From NCBI GenBank assembly GCA_052168235.1, contig JBQLZK010000077.1:1-27766 (forward strand): a DNA stretch of 27,766 nucleotides, given 5' to 3'. Made by a program: the position numbers and the translations under genes. The notes below the pieces were generated by a model. The model worked only from the letters and a program-made list of their open reading frames with translations, ran no database searches and was not told the DNA's origin. Shown piece by piece: positions 1-9,237 of this stretch. The stretch comes from Thainema sp. Its GTDB lineage: Bacteria; Cyanobacteriota; Cyanobacteriia; Phormidesmidales; Phormidesmidaceae. How positions within the stretch are numbered: the stretch's first letter is position 1; every line of letters starts with the position of its first letter.

Positions 1-244
1 GCAACAGTCTACTGGTTGTCGCCTAGTATACGAAATTCACCTTAAACCCGGAAGAGCCAAGCTAATGATGATCCTCCACCTGTCTTTTGGCGTTCAATTG
101 AGTTGCGAATGCAAGGCAATCTAATCAAGCTATATCCTGGATCAGACGAATTAATTCAGCAACAAATGGCTAACTTGCTTCACGATTTCATATTCAAGAA
201 TTAATCATTTTACTATTTATACTTTAATCACTGGAGCAAATAGA

Positions 245-952
245 TTATGGATCTTGCTTTAATCGATCTTGTTGTTGGAGCGATCGCATTTCGTTTTGCA
301 CACTGACGGCAACTTCTAGCGCTTCATTCAAAATTCTGCCCTGGGCGTTCACTTCGTCTGAAACTTGTAGAACCGACAGCGACGTGAGGTTGTGCGAAAA
401 CAGGTCAGTATTGCGGGCGATAAAGCGATGATTTTCCCGCAGAATCCGTTCCGTCTTCAAAGCCCGTGCCAAGTCAGAGCGAGTCGTCCACAGCGTGGCA
501 ATCACCCGATTACGATCCGTTAGCGCCACATCAGGATTACCTGCGGCTTCGATTTGGTCATTGATATCAATTGCCCGAATCACGGCATTGTAGCGCTCCA
601 CGTCTTCCAGCAATCGCACCAGCGCAGGCGAGCTGCTGCGGAGAATCCGAATCAGGCGAATCACCACGGCTAAGCTAAATGACGTTGCGATCGCAATTAG
701 CCACACCCAAATATTGACCCCTTCCAGTTCAATTTGACTCAAATTACTGAGTCCCTGAAATCCGATGCCAAATCCGAATAATCCAATCAGCATCAGGCCC
801 AGCACTTCCGGCAGTTGGCGCATCAAAAACTGCGATCGCTGATCCGGCTGTCGCAGCATAGAGCGCTGCCAAACCTGGCCTCTACCCACTCCGGTTAACT
901 TACGAACCTCACCCGGAGTGAGTTCTAGGCCCTGCAAATCTGGTTTCATCAT
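245..952 (-). CDS. Hypothetical membrane protein (two TM helices, C-terminal coiled-coil-like region)
   Basis: 235-aa ORF with two hydrophobic segments (VLGLMLIGLFGFGIGF; IWVWLIAIATSFSLAVVI) followed by a helical soluble region. Confidence 0.8.
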   Translation of the reverse strand: MMKPDLQGLELTPGEVRKLTGVGRGQVWQRSMLRQPDQRSQFLMRQLPEVLGLMLIGLFGFGIGFQGLSNLSQIELEGVNIWVWLIAIATSFSLAVVIRLIRILRSSSPALVRLLEDVERYNAVIRAIDINDQIEAAGNPDVALTDRNRVIATLWTTRSDLARALKTERILRENHRFIARNTDLFSHNLTSLSVLQVSDEVNAQGRILNEALEVAVSVQNEMRSLQQQDRLKQDP

Positions 953-1288
953 GGCGTTTCGGATGGTGCGTTGGCAGTGTTGGATGTCAGGCTTGAGATG
1001 TGAAGGTGACAGTCTTGAGATCGGAATGAGTTGGAACCAGGATCAATAACTTGAGCAAGGTATAGATCAGGCATTCTCTCTGACAATGGGCAGCCAATGG
1101 GCTTGTCATATTCTAGATCGACTGAAATTTAGCTACGACTATAATCAATCCTCAGCTTGAACAGCCAGAAGCCGACTTGCTTAGCGCTAGCAAACGGCCC
1201 AAAATCCTTTCGAATAGGGCGATTCGAAGGACAAGGCGCAAGTTTGACAAATAGCTGCGGTATTAGACGCTGTTTATTGCGGAAGGTT

Positions 1289-1711
1289 TCAGCTGCTATC
1301 TTTTCTGCCGCTGGAAGGAAAGAGGTAAGGCAAACGAGTATCCTCTAGGGGCATGGATTGTGAGGTTAAGCCGCTGATAATGGTCAATAGCAAGCCTAAT
1401 TCGCTCAACTCGGCTGAATTGGGTGACGATACAACGGGTGTCATAATCTCACCAGTCTTTGACTCACTAACCTTCATGATTGAGTTAGAGGCAGTATCAG
1501 ATGACTTCCATATCGATCAAGGGGGCATGACCACCAACTTCACTTGATTGCGCTCGAAACAACAGGAGATATGACACAAATGTTTACGATCCTGCGTTAG
1601 ACTAAATCCCTTGCCATGTATACAACTGATGATAATTTCACTTTCAACTGACTGGATCTCCTCCGCATAAGTACGCGATCGAAGATCTGGCCTCTTTCGA
1701 AACGGGAACAA
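1289..1711 (-). pseudogene. Possible degraded gene interrupted by an in-frame TGA
   Basis: ORFs 1517..1711 and 1289..1477 are in the same frame, separated by one TGA at 1517-1519 (VMPP*SIWKSS); no family recognised. Confidence 0.3.
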
Positions 1712-2083
1712 AACGTTCGGCTATTACGGTCGCTGAGATTGTGAAATCTATCTACGATGAAATTGTTTACAGAACGTAAAGGCCACGCATTATGAACTCT
1801 CAGTCGCTTCAAAATTTGATGTGGTTACGCCCCGCTCGATTAACTAATCAGCAGCGCAACGGCAAAGGAATTGATCGCTCCTGGTTACTCGTTCGGGCCT
1901 ATCCGCAATCCGTTCAGCCCGCTTCCTAACCTGCTTGAGAGCACGCAGGGCGACGAGCGCTTCGAAGATGACTCAATTCTCGCTAGCTATATCTACACGT
2001 TAGCTACAGCTACACACTCACCGCAATCTCACGGACTACTGTCACGTGATCCCCGTACTCAACTCGCTTCTATCTTTTCTGAT

Positions 2084-2875
2084 CTAACTTTTCTGTTGAG
2101 TTGGCCGCACCAAAATATCATGCACCTGCACATGAGCTGGTTGCGATAGGACGTACCACACCGCTTCTGCAATATCTTGTGGCTGGAGCACGGAAAACTG
2201 ACTATACACCTCATGCGCTTTTTCCGAACTGTTGTGATACTTCTCTGCAAATTCTGTTTCAACGAATCCTGGGCTGATTGACGAAACCCGAATATCGCTA
2301 TCTGCCGCTCTCAACTCTTGGCGCAGTCCTTCCGTTAGCGCCCGCACCGCAAATTTAGACGCCGCGTAGACGCCACTACCTCCCGGCACCCGATGGGCCG
2401 ACATGGAACTGATGTGAATAATATGTCCCGGATAATTGCGATATTCACTGCGATCGCACATATCCCGAATCGCTTCCCGCGTACAAATACACAGCGCTAA
2501 AACATTCACCTCCAGCATCTCGCGCCACGCCTCAGTCTTGCCATCCATCAACGGTTCTTTATGACCGAGTCCAGCATTGTTAATCAGTACATCGACACCG
2601 CCCCACTGCTGCCGAACTTGGTCGAAGAAGCTTAAAATCTGGTCTTCTTGACGCACATCAACCGCTTGAATCAAAACGTCCTGGTCAGTTAAGCCAGCGG
2701 CTTGACCGTTGGTGATGCATTCTGCTTTTAGTTGCTCTAATCGCTTCTCTCGCCGGGCACAAAGCGCTAAGCGATATCCTCCTGCGGCTAATCGAAGTGC
2801 GATCGCAGCTCCGATCCCGCTGGATGCACCTGTGATCATGGCAACTGGAGTAGGGTTTTGGGCCGAAAAAGTCAT
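2084..2875 (-). CDS. SDR family NAD(P)-dependent oxidoreductase (DHRS11/YdfG-like)
   Basis: TGASSGIG Rossmann motif, NNAG, catalytic YAASK, SPGFVETEF. Confidence 0.95.
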   Translation of the reverse strand: MTFSAQNPTPVAMITGASSGIGAAIALRLAAGGYRLALCARREKRLEQLKAECITNGQAAGLTDQDVLIQAVDVRQEDQILSFFDQVRQQWGGVDVLINNAGLGHKEPLMDGKTEAWREMLEVNVLALCICTREAIRDMCDRSEYRNYPGHIIHISSMSAHRVPGGSGVYAASKFAVRALTEGLRQELRAADSDIRVSSISPGFVETEFAEKYHNSSEKAHEVYSQFSVLQPQDIAEAVWYVLSQPAHVQVHDILVRPTQQKS

Positions 2876-2878
2876 AGG

Positions 2879-2912
2879 TTTGGATTTTAGATTTTGGATT
2901 TTAGATTTTGGA
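2879..2912. repeat. Short tandem heptamer repeat (STRR-type, GATTTTR)
   Basis: tttggattttagattttggattttagattttgga directly upstream of the SDR start. Confidence 0.75.
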
Positions 2913-3003
2913 GACTGGAATAGAGGGCTCAGAATGCCATGAAATTGGCTTTGGATTGTGGATTAAATAACCTGTCAATCATCCCACTCGTAGGGCACGG
3001 CAT

Positions 3004-3334
3004 GTACCTGTTTAGCGTAGCCATCGGATGCCCTCATCCCCCAGCCCCTTCTCCCACAGGAGAAGAGGAGCTGGATCGGAAGCCCCTCTCCTGCGGGCTA
3101 CTGCTTATACACTTCTGAATAGTCTTTATAAACCCCGGACTGATCCCCCTAAATCCCCCTTAAAAAGGGGGAACTTTGAGCCAATTCCCCCCTTTTTAAG
3201 GGGGGCTAGGGGGGATCTCAATGTCGAAACGAAGTCTAGGAGACTTATGTATAAACAGTAGCTCCTGCGGGAGAGGGATTTAGGGTGAGGGCAAGACGAC
3301 TTAGAGCGAGCAGAGCATCACGGTAAACAAATAC
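3004..3334. mobile_element. MITE-like element A (imperfect 15-bp TIRs, 8-bp target duplication)
   Basis: TIRs gtacctgtttagcgt / acggtaaacaaatac; direct repeat cacggcat at 2996-3003 and 3335-3342; internal CCCCTCTCC...GAGAGGG hairpins. Confidence 0.75.
3098..3261. mobile_element. MITE-like element B, copy 1 (164 bp, 10-bp target duplication)
   Basis: TIRs ctactgcttatacac / atgtataaacagtag; direct repeat ctcctgcggg at 3088-3097 and 3262-3271; second copy at 27015-27205. Confidence 0.85.
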
Positions 3335-3637
3335 CACGGCATTGCCGTGCCCCTACCTCAGGAATTTCACATTACTAACTCCGTGTTCCTTGTACGTCTT
3401 ACGCCGCACGTCTCACGCCTCGCTTTTTATAGCAATCAACCCTTTACAGCCTTTACAGACCGTTTTCTCATCACGCCTCACTCTTTACCCTTCACCTTTA
3501 CCTTACTTAGATTTCCTTATTCCCCGATTTAATCTATCCTGCGAAAGATTTTAGGGTTAGGTCACTGTTTAATGCGTGTGAATTTTGGGCAATAACTCTA
3601 GAATATGAACGTAGTTAGGCAAAAAAAGCTTATATCT

Positions 3638-4261
3638 ATGAAAGTTTGGCAACTTTGCGCTCAATCTGCTGCGATCGCAACTGTGGTTGGTATCGCAGGT
3701 CTAATTGGAGAAGCTGCGATCGCAGCTCCAGCGTCTACCGCTGGGCAAGCGGCTCCCTCCGGTATGCTGCTGGCTCAAACACCGGGCACGATCGTTGATG
3801 TTGCGGCTGGCAGCGACAGCTTTGATACGCTAGTTCAAGCTGTGCAGGCTGCAGGTTTAGCTGATACCTTATCGGGCGAAGGCCCATACACGGTGTTTGC
3901 ACCGACGGATGAGGCGTTTGACAACCTGCCGGATGGTGCATTAGAAGCACTGCTGGAGCCGGAAAACCGCGACTTGCTAACCGAAATTCTCACTTATCAC
4001 GTTGTTCCCGATGAAGTGACATCAGACGAATTAGAAACGGGCGTTGTCGATACGCTCAATGGTGGAGTTGCTGTTCGGGTTGATCCCGGCCAAGTAATTG
4101 TCAACGATGCCAGCGTGATTAACCCCGATATTGACGCCAGCAATGGTGTCATTCACGCCATCAATCGAGTCTTGATTCCGCCTGCTACGCGGGCTGAACT
4201 GATGGATCGGCTGATGGCCGAAGAACCCGATTCAGACGAGCCAGTTCGGGCGCTTTGGTAG
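3638..4261 (+). CDS. Secreted fasciclin (FAS1) domain protein
   Basis: Signal-peptide-like N-terminus; FAS1 motifs GPYTVFAPTDEAF, ILTYHVV, ASNGVIHAINRVLIP; start may instead be ATG 3605. Confidence 0.93.
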   Translation: MKVWQLCAQSAAIATVVGIAGLIGEAAIAAPASTAGQAAPSGMLLAQTPGTIVDVAAGSDSFDTLVQAVQAAGLADTLSGEGPYTVFAPTDEAFDNLPDGALEALLEPENRDLLTEILTYHVVPDEVTSDELETGVVDTLNGGVAVRVDPGQVIVNDASVINPDIDASNGVIHAINRVLIPPATRAELMDRLMAEEPDSDEPVRALW

Positions 4262-4306
4262 GCTGGCATCTCTATCTGTACCTTTAAAGGACTCATAAAT
4301 AGGCAA

Positions 4307-4338
4307 GACGGAGCAAAGTGTATTTTGCTCCGTTTTTT
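4307..4338 (+). terminator. Rho-independent terminator after the fasciclin gene
   Basis: acggagcaaa...tttgctccgt stem followed by a T-run. Confidence 0.75.
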
Positions 4339-4340
4339 AT

Positions 4341-4430
4341 TAGACTTTATCGGAAATTGTTTTGCAGCGCGGCTCCGCCGCGCTGCAAAACAATTTCCAA
4401 CCCCAAAAACTTTATTTCCAATAAAGTCTA
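4341..4430. mobile_element. 90-bp MITE-like element with internal perfect hairpin
   Basis: TIRs tagactttatcggaaat / atttccaataaagtcta (1 mismatch); 22-bp perfect stem at 4352-4398. Confidence 0.6.
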
Positions 4431-4592
4431 TTGAAATAAAGTTATTTCTTAAGGGTTACAGCAGTTTTACTCTATTCATTAAGTAACGTTAAGCACTACA
4501 ATAAGCGACCAGTGGATGATCGCGCACCTCAGTAGATTTGACCTGGGATGCGCGGATGTTCCAGTGTTTATTTCTTTGAGAATTTCGATAAC

Positions 4593-5645
4593 GTGACCAC
4601 AAATTTATTAACTCGGCCTGCGACAGAAGAGCGTGAGCGACTGCCATTTACGCTTCAAGATGTCCGCAATGCTATTCCTGCTCATTGTTTTCAGTCCAGC
4701 CTCGGACGTTCCTTAGCTTATTTAGCGTTAGATTTTGGCATCATCGCTGGCCTCTATTGGTTAGCCGCTACGATCAATAGCGCTTGGTTTTTACCCATCT
4801 TTTGGCTCGCCCAAGGCACGATGTTTTGGGCGTTGTTTGTTGTTGGTCATGACTGTGGCCACGGTTCATTTTCCCGTTATCGTGGGTTAAACCATTTCAT
4901 CGGACATATTTGCCATACGCCCATTCTGGTGCCCTACCACGGTTGGCGCATTAGCCATCGGACGCACCATGCCAATACGGGCAATATTGATACGGATGAA
5001 AGCTGGTATCCTGTCACTGAAAGCAAATACGAGCAAATGTCCTGGTACGAGAAGCTAGCTCGTTTTCACTTGATTCTGTTTGTCTATCCGCTGTATTTGT
5101 TTAAGCGCTCGCCGGGCAAGCAGGGATCGCACTTCCTGCCTAGCAGTTCCCTGTTTCGTCCCCATGAGAAGTCGGCTGTTCTTACCAGCACGCTGTGTTG
5201 GATGGCGATGTTTGCAGTTTTGGTGGGTTTGGGCTTCCAGTTTGGCTGGGTGTGGCTAGCAACCTACTACATCGTGCCCTACGTGATCTTCGTCGTTTGG
5301 CTTGATCTCGTCACCTTCCTTCACCATACCGATGCCGATATTCCCTGGTATCGTGGCCAAGACTGGTATTTCCTCAAGGGGGCGCTGTCCAGTATTGATC
5401 GGGATTATGGACTGTTTAACCCGATTCATCACAACATTGGCACTCATGTTGTGCATCACATTTTCTTGAGCATTCCTCACTACCACCTGTTAGAGGCGAC
5501 AGAAGCGGTCAAGCCCGTTCTCGGTGAGTATTATCGGTATTCCAGCGAGCCGATTTGGCGAGCACTGTGGCGCGGCTATCGCTCCTGCTACTTTGTCTCG
5601 GATCGAGGAAGTAAGATTTATTATCAAGCGCCAACGAAGCGTTAA
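4593..5645 (+). CDS. desB: Omega-3 (delta-15) acyl-lipid desaturase
   Basis: His boxes HDCGH, HRTHH, HVVHH; motifs FWLAQGTMFWALFVVG, ILVPYHGWRISH and VWLDLVTFLHH typical of FAD3/DesB; GTG 4593 taken as the likely start. Confidence 0.93.
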   Translation: MTTNLLTRPATEERERLPFTLQDVRNAIPAHCFQSSLGRSLAYLALDFGIIAGLYWLAATINSAWFLPIFWLAQGTMFWALFVVGHDCGHGSFSRYRGLNHFIGHICHTPILVPYHGWRISHRTHHANTGNIDTDESWYPVTESKYEQMSWYEKLARFHLILFVYPLYLFKRSPGKQGSHFLPSSSLFRPHEKSAVLTSTLCWMAMFAVLVGLGFQFGWVWLATYYIVPYVIFVVWLDLVTFLHHTDADIPWYRGQDWYFLKGALSSIDRDYGLFNPIHHNIGTHVVHHIFLSIPHYHLLEATEAVKPVLGEYYRYSSEPIWRALWRGYRSCYFVSDRGSKIYYQAPTKR

Positions 5646-5672
5646 GGAACGTGGATTTAACAAGGTGAAATC

Positions 5673-5758
5673 TTTAAGGTAGGGACACGGCAATGCCGTG
5701 TCCCTACCTTAAAAACAGAAGGAGGTTTTGCTACAGCAAAACCTCCTTCTGTTTTTAA
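5673..5758. repeat. Two overlapping perfect palindromes between convergent desB and GDSL genes (REP-like plus probable bidirectional terminator)
   Basis: 20-bp arms at 5673-5713 (gtagggacacggca-a-tgccgtgtccctac core) and 24-bp arms at 5709-5758. Confidence 0.85.
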
Positions 5759-7452
5759 TACTGAGCATATACTGCGGCTTGCTGAGCATTTTGAATCACA
5801 GTTTGCCAGGTTGCATATCCCTGAGCGTTGAGATGCAACCCGTCCGTTGTGAGATTGGGCTGTAAGTTACCGTCGGCAGCGGCAAAGTAGGGAACAAGGT
5901 CGAGATAGCGCACCTGTTGATACTGGGCAATCAGGGATAAACGCTGATTGAACTGCTCAATTCGGGACGCGGGCAGATTGGCGAGGCGGGTTGGCAAAAG
6001 TGAATGGACATAAATTTGCGATTGAGGATGATGCGATCGCAACTGCTGCATAATCTGCTGAAGCCGAATGAGTACGTCTTGATCGGTAGCGCCATTTTTG
6101 AGATCGTTAATGCCGACCATCACATGAATATCGCTGGGACGGGTATAGTCAAGATAAGAAAGACGCTGTAGCACTCCTTGGCTGGTGTCGCCCGAAATGC
6201 CTTGATTGAGCACAAAGCGATCGCGGGGCAGTTGATCGGTGGGATACCACATCAGCAGTGAGTCGCCCAGCATCACCGTTAATCGGTTCGAACCCTGGCT
6301 ACCTGCTATTACCCGTGCTTCTTGCGCCAGTAAGGCTTTCCAGTCCTCATAGGTAGGCTGACGGGTTGCGCCCTGCCACTGAGCCGCAAACTGATCGGTG
6401 GGGATGCGCGTGTAGAGCTGGCCTGCTCGGAGGGCAGCCCAGCGTTGCGCGTACATTTGGCTACCGGAGCGGGGCCTGAGAGTTGAGGGAGAGGGTGAGA
6501 TGGAGGGGATCGGAAGCGAGGGAGGTGCGATCGCACCTCTGGCAATTTGATTTCTGGGCAGAGGTGCGCCCGTAATTTGCGATCGCACTTCTGGCGACAG
6601 CAATGTTTGATCAACAGCCGTTTCGAATGCTCTAGATTGTGTTGATGCGGTTGACGCAGATTGCGTTGATGTGGGCTGCGTTGACAATGCAGATGGCTGA
6701 GAGCTGGAACTTGGAGCTAACGCCTGTACTGACCGTCTAGTCTGCTCAACTTGCTGCTGTCGCTGATGGAGCAGAGACGGCCAATTTTCTGGAGTTGGCT
6801 GTTCAGAATAGGCAACCGTTTGAGTTGTTACTCGCGTGCTGGGTTTGATGGAGTCCGATGCTTGCCGCTGATGGAGCAGAGACGGCCAAGATTCCTGATC
6901 TTCTTGACTATCCTGATTACTGGCAGACGGCTGAACAGGTTCTGGTCGAGCATTTTCTGGTTGCAGTTGTTCAATTTGAATCGTTTCCGGTGGCGAGATT
7001 TCAGGCGCAAGCGCTGCCGGTGGTGTGATAGACGGAAGTGCAATAGATGGAAGTACGATCGCAGATGTTATTGGGTCGGTGGATTGGGTTGATGGTAATG
7101 GAGTTGGTAGTGAGGCAGTTGATCGTGAAGGGGGGGATGGTGCAGGGGTTGATGATGGAGAAGATTGGACGGAGTTGGCTTGGAGGGACGTGGGCTGAGC
7201 GGTGATCGTTTGGCCGATGACGGTGGCAGGAGGCGCTGGCGCAGTTGAAGATTCGGGCGGCATCCATTCCGGCTTGAGCGAAAGCTTCGCTTGGGTTGCG
7301 GGCTGGCACTCGGTTTCCGCACTGGCGGTATCTTCGTTCGCTGCTGTCAGTGTCGCCGTGTTGGCTTGGGGTGGCTGAACGGTCTCCGAGGCTGAACGGT
7401 TGGCCAAGCTTGAAACCAGCAGGTTGGCTGCCAATAAACATACGTCGCCCAT
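5755..7452 (-). CDS. SGNH/GDSL hydrolase with long Pro/Ser/Thr/Gln-rich N-terminal region
   Basis: Blocks LGDSL, NQGISGDT, GIND and DGLH in the C-terminal ~180 aa. Confidence 0.9.
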   Translation of the reverse strand: MGDVCLLAANLLVSSLANRSASETVQPPQANTATLTAANEDTASAETECQPATQAKLSLKPEWMPPESSTAPAPPATVIGQTITAQPTSLQANSVQSSPSSTPAPSPPSRSTASLPTPLPSTQSTDPITSAIVLPSIALPSITPPAALAPEISPPETIQIEQLQPENARPEPVQPSASNQDSQEDQESWPSLLHQRQASDSIKPSTRVTTQTVAYSEQPTPENWPSLLHQRQQQVEQTRRSVQALAPSSSSQPSALSTQPTSTQSASTASTQSRAFETAVDQTLLSPEVRSQITGAPLPRNQIARGAIAPPSLPIPSISPSPSTLRPRSGSQMYAQRWAALRAGQLYTRIPTDQFAAQWQGATRQPTYEDWKALLAQEARVIAGSQGSNRLTVMLGDSLLMWYPTDQLPRDRFVLNQGISGDTSQGVLQRLSYLDYTRPSDIHVMVGINDLKNGATDQDVLIRLQQIMQQLRSHHPQSQIYVHSLLPTRLANLPASRIEQFNQRLSLIAQYQQVRYLDLVPYFAAADGNLQPNLTTDGLHLNAQGYATWQTVIQNAQQAAVYAQY

Positions 7453-7740
7453 AAAGTTGCTACTCGCTGCAAAATTTACGTCAGAGTTTATTTCTTTGAC
7501 AGCGATCGCACTTCAGTTTCAGGACAAACTTCAAGAAGCCTCATATTTTCGTATTAAAACCCAGCAGGGTTATTTTGCCGCCGCATTATTGGTGCAAGAT
7601 GTGAGTATTTTTATTTTCGCTGCACCTGTGATTTCTGCTTTGCACACAAATCCCGATTGCCGTTTTTCTCTGGCAACGTTCGTAAATAATCACGCACCCA
7701 GGCAGAAGCAAAATTCAAAATTTGATTTGTTGCCGTTAGA

Positions 7741-9020
7741 GTTATTCCAGCTTGCTGAAGCGAGTACGGTGTCCCATGCTAGGTAAACCGGAATTCGCAG
7801 GGATGAACGTGAGCGCATTGACGCGTTTGGTGTGGCCTTCTAGCGTCTGATTGTTCAGAGGCGATCCAGGCATCAAGCGTGGCGGCATAGGGGCGTAGGC
7901 GGTGGAGCTGGTGATCGACCCACTTAGGCGTGAAAACCTCGCGATAGATTCGATTTTTGATGGCGAGCTGACTCCCCTGCCGCACCACTAAGCCAGAGAG
8001 AATGAGGTCTGTTTGCTCTCGGCTGTCGTCGGTGTCAACCGGGACACCATCTAAAAGCTGCTGGTAGATGCTGAGTAGACGACTGGTACGATTTTTGTAC
8101 CAAAATAGATGGTCGCGGATGGTACGCAGGTGAATCGGTTCGTCTTGGGATTCCCAGTGATCGAGAATGTGCGATCGCACTAGGCCATCCACCCAAACTT
8201 TTACCATGCTGGCCGACAGCGATAGCGGCATCATTTCTGCCTGCTGCGCCGTCTGCACCGCAATATCGCACAGCTTTTGCGTCAAAAACGGCTGGCCGCC
8301 TGTCCAATCTAAAATGGCTTTCAGTACTGCTGGCGGATTGTCGATATAGGGTGCTAATCCTGGCTGTAGTGGCGTACTTTCCTCTAACGTGAAACCAGCA
8401 AGCGGAATCGCTTGACCGATATTAAATGGGGTACGTTGCTTGTCGGCAATCAAGTCTGACGGAGTGGCCACGCCGAACAGAGCAAAGGTTAGGAGCCGAT
8501 AGCGCGGATCATGCGATCGCTGATTGTAGCAAGACCGCATCCAGGCAAAAAAATCATCGGTCGAAAACGGCAGGCTGAGTAAACTGTCAATTTCATCGAC
8601 AAAGATATAGAGGGGAGCCTCACCTGTGGCTGGCAGCAGCACCTCGTCCACCAGTTGATTCAGCCGCTGCATAAGGGATCGGTCTTGATCTGTCTGCCAC
8701 CACTCGCGAAAGTTCAACTGGCTCGACAGCCCCAAACTCTGGAGCAAGCTCATGAGCACTCCGGCATACCACTGAGACTGGGTGAGGCCATCGCTGCCCA
8801 GCCGGGTCATGTCCAGATAGGCACAGCGGGCACCCTGATGCTGCAACTGGTCTTTCACCCGCGCTAGCAATGATGATTTGCCCATCTGCCGAGAGCTAAA
8901 AACATAGCAGAATTCACTGGCTTGCAATGTTTGATACAGATGAATGTCAGCCTGACGCACCACATAATTGGGCGCATCAGCTTGTAGACAACCTCCGACG
9001 TTGTAGCGAAAAGAGGACAT
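7741..9020 (-). pseudogene. AAA-like (AAA_35-type) NTPase-WD40 gene, truncated by internal deletion
   Basis: Walker A SSRQMGKSS, Walker B YIFVDEID, TPFNIG and WTGGQPFLTQKLC motifs; the ORF (stop 7779) ends in a non-homologous tail while other frames at 7849-7741 read QTLEGHTKRVNALTFIP...DTVLASASWNN. Confidence 0.8.
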
Positions 9021-9180
9021 AGTAAAATGGTTTACAAGTTGGGAATCTTCTATTTTCTATCTAAAACCTAATCTTGAAGGTGAAAGATAAATAACTGAAT
9101 AAATTGATAATAATCCTCTAAATGGTGACCTGGTGGTCACTGTGGCAAAAGGCAAATTAAAGATGCGGACAAGCAACATC

Positions 9181-9225
9181 CAACTTAAAGCAATTAAATG
9201 ACTTAAATAACCTAAATGACTTAAA
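9181..9225. promoter_or_regulatory. Five tandem 9-bp direct repeats, candidate operator
   Basis: caacttaaa|gcaattaaa|tgacttaaa|taacctaaa|tgacttaaa between the two AAA genes. Confidence 0.5.
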
Positions 9226-9237
9226 AAATATGTTTTC

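Larger units (their letters stand above)
2951..3391. mobile_element. Outer REP-like palindrome-bearing element (GTAGGGCACGGCATTGCCGTGCCCCTAC), interrupted by nested insertions
   Basis: Removing 3004-3342 restores the palindrome; the right flank 3342-3391 resembles the reverse complement of 5644-5693; the ends are weak inverted repeats. Confidence 0.6.

Noticed and set aside
1..204. Possible 3' end of an upstream plus-strand gene
   Set aside because: No single frame is open from base 1 to the stop at 204 (frame 1 has TAA at 43-45; frame 2 stops at 122-124); cannot be called without upstream sequence
1200..1270. attC-like end (gcggtattagacg)
   Set aside because: No matching partner box or integrase; too weak to support
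3028..3261. Homologous small ORFs at 3028..3261 and 27015..27212 (TDPPKSPLKRGN)
   Set aside because: They are translations of MITE element B, not genes
3342..3554. MPCPYL-starting ORFs here and at 5490..5693
   Set aside because: Similarity comes from the shared REP-like repeat
4455..4500. HLR1 (RpaB) or NtcA-like site upstream of desB
   Set aside because: Spacing and second half-sites do not match the consensus well
6309..7441. Several alternative-frame ORFs within the GDSL gene
   Set aside because: Shadow ORFs of a low-complexity coding region
9181..9225. CRISPR-like array
   Set aside because: Units are 9 bp with no spacers and no cas genes are present
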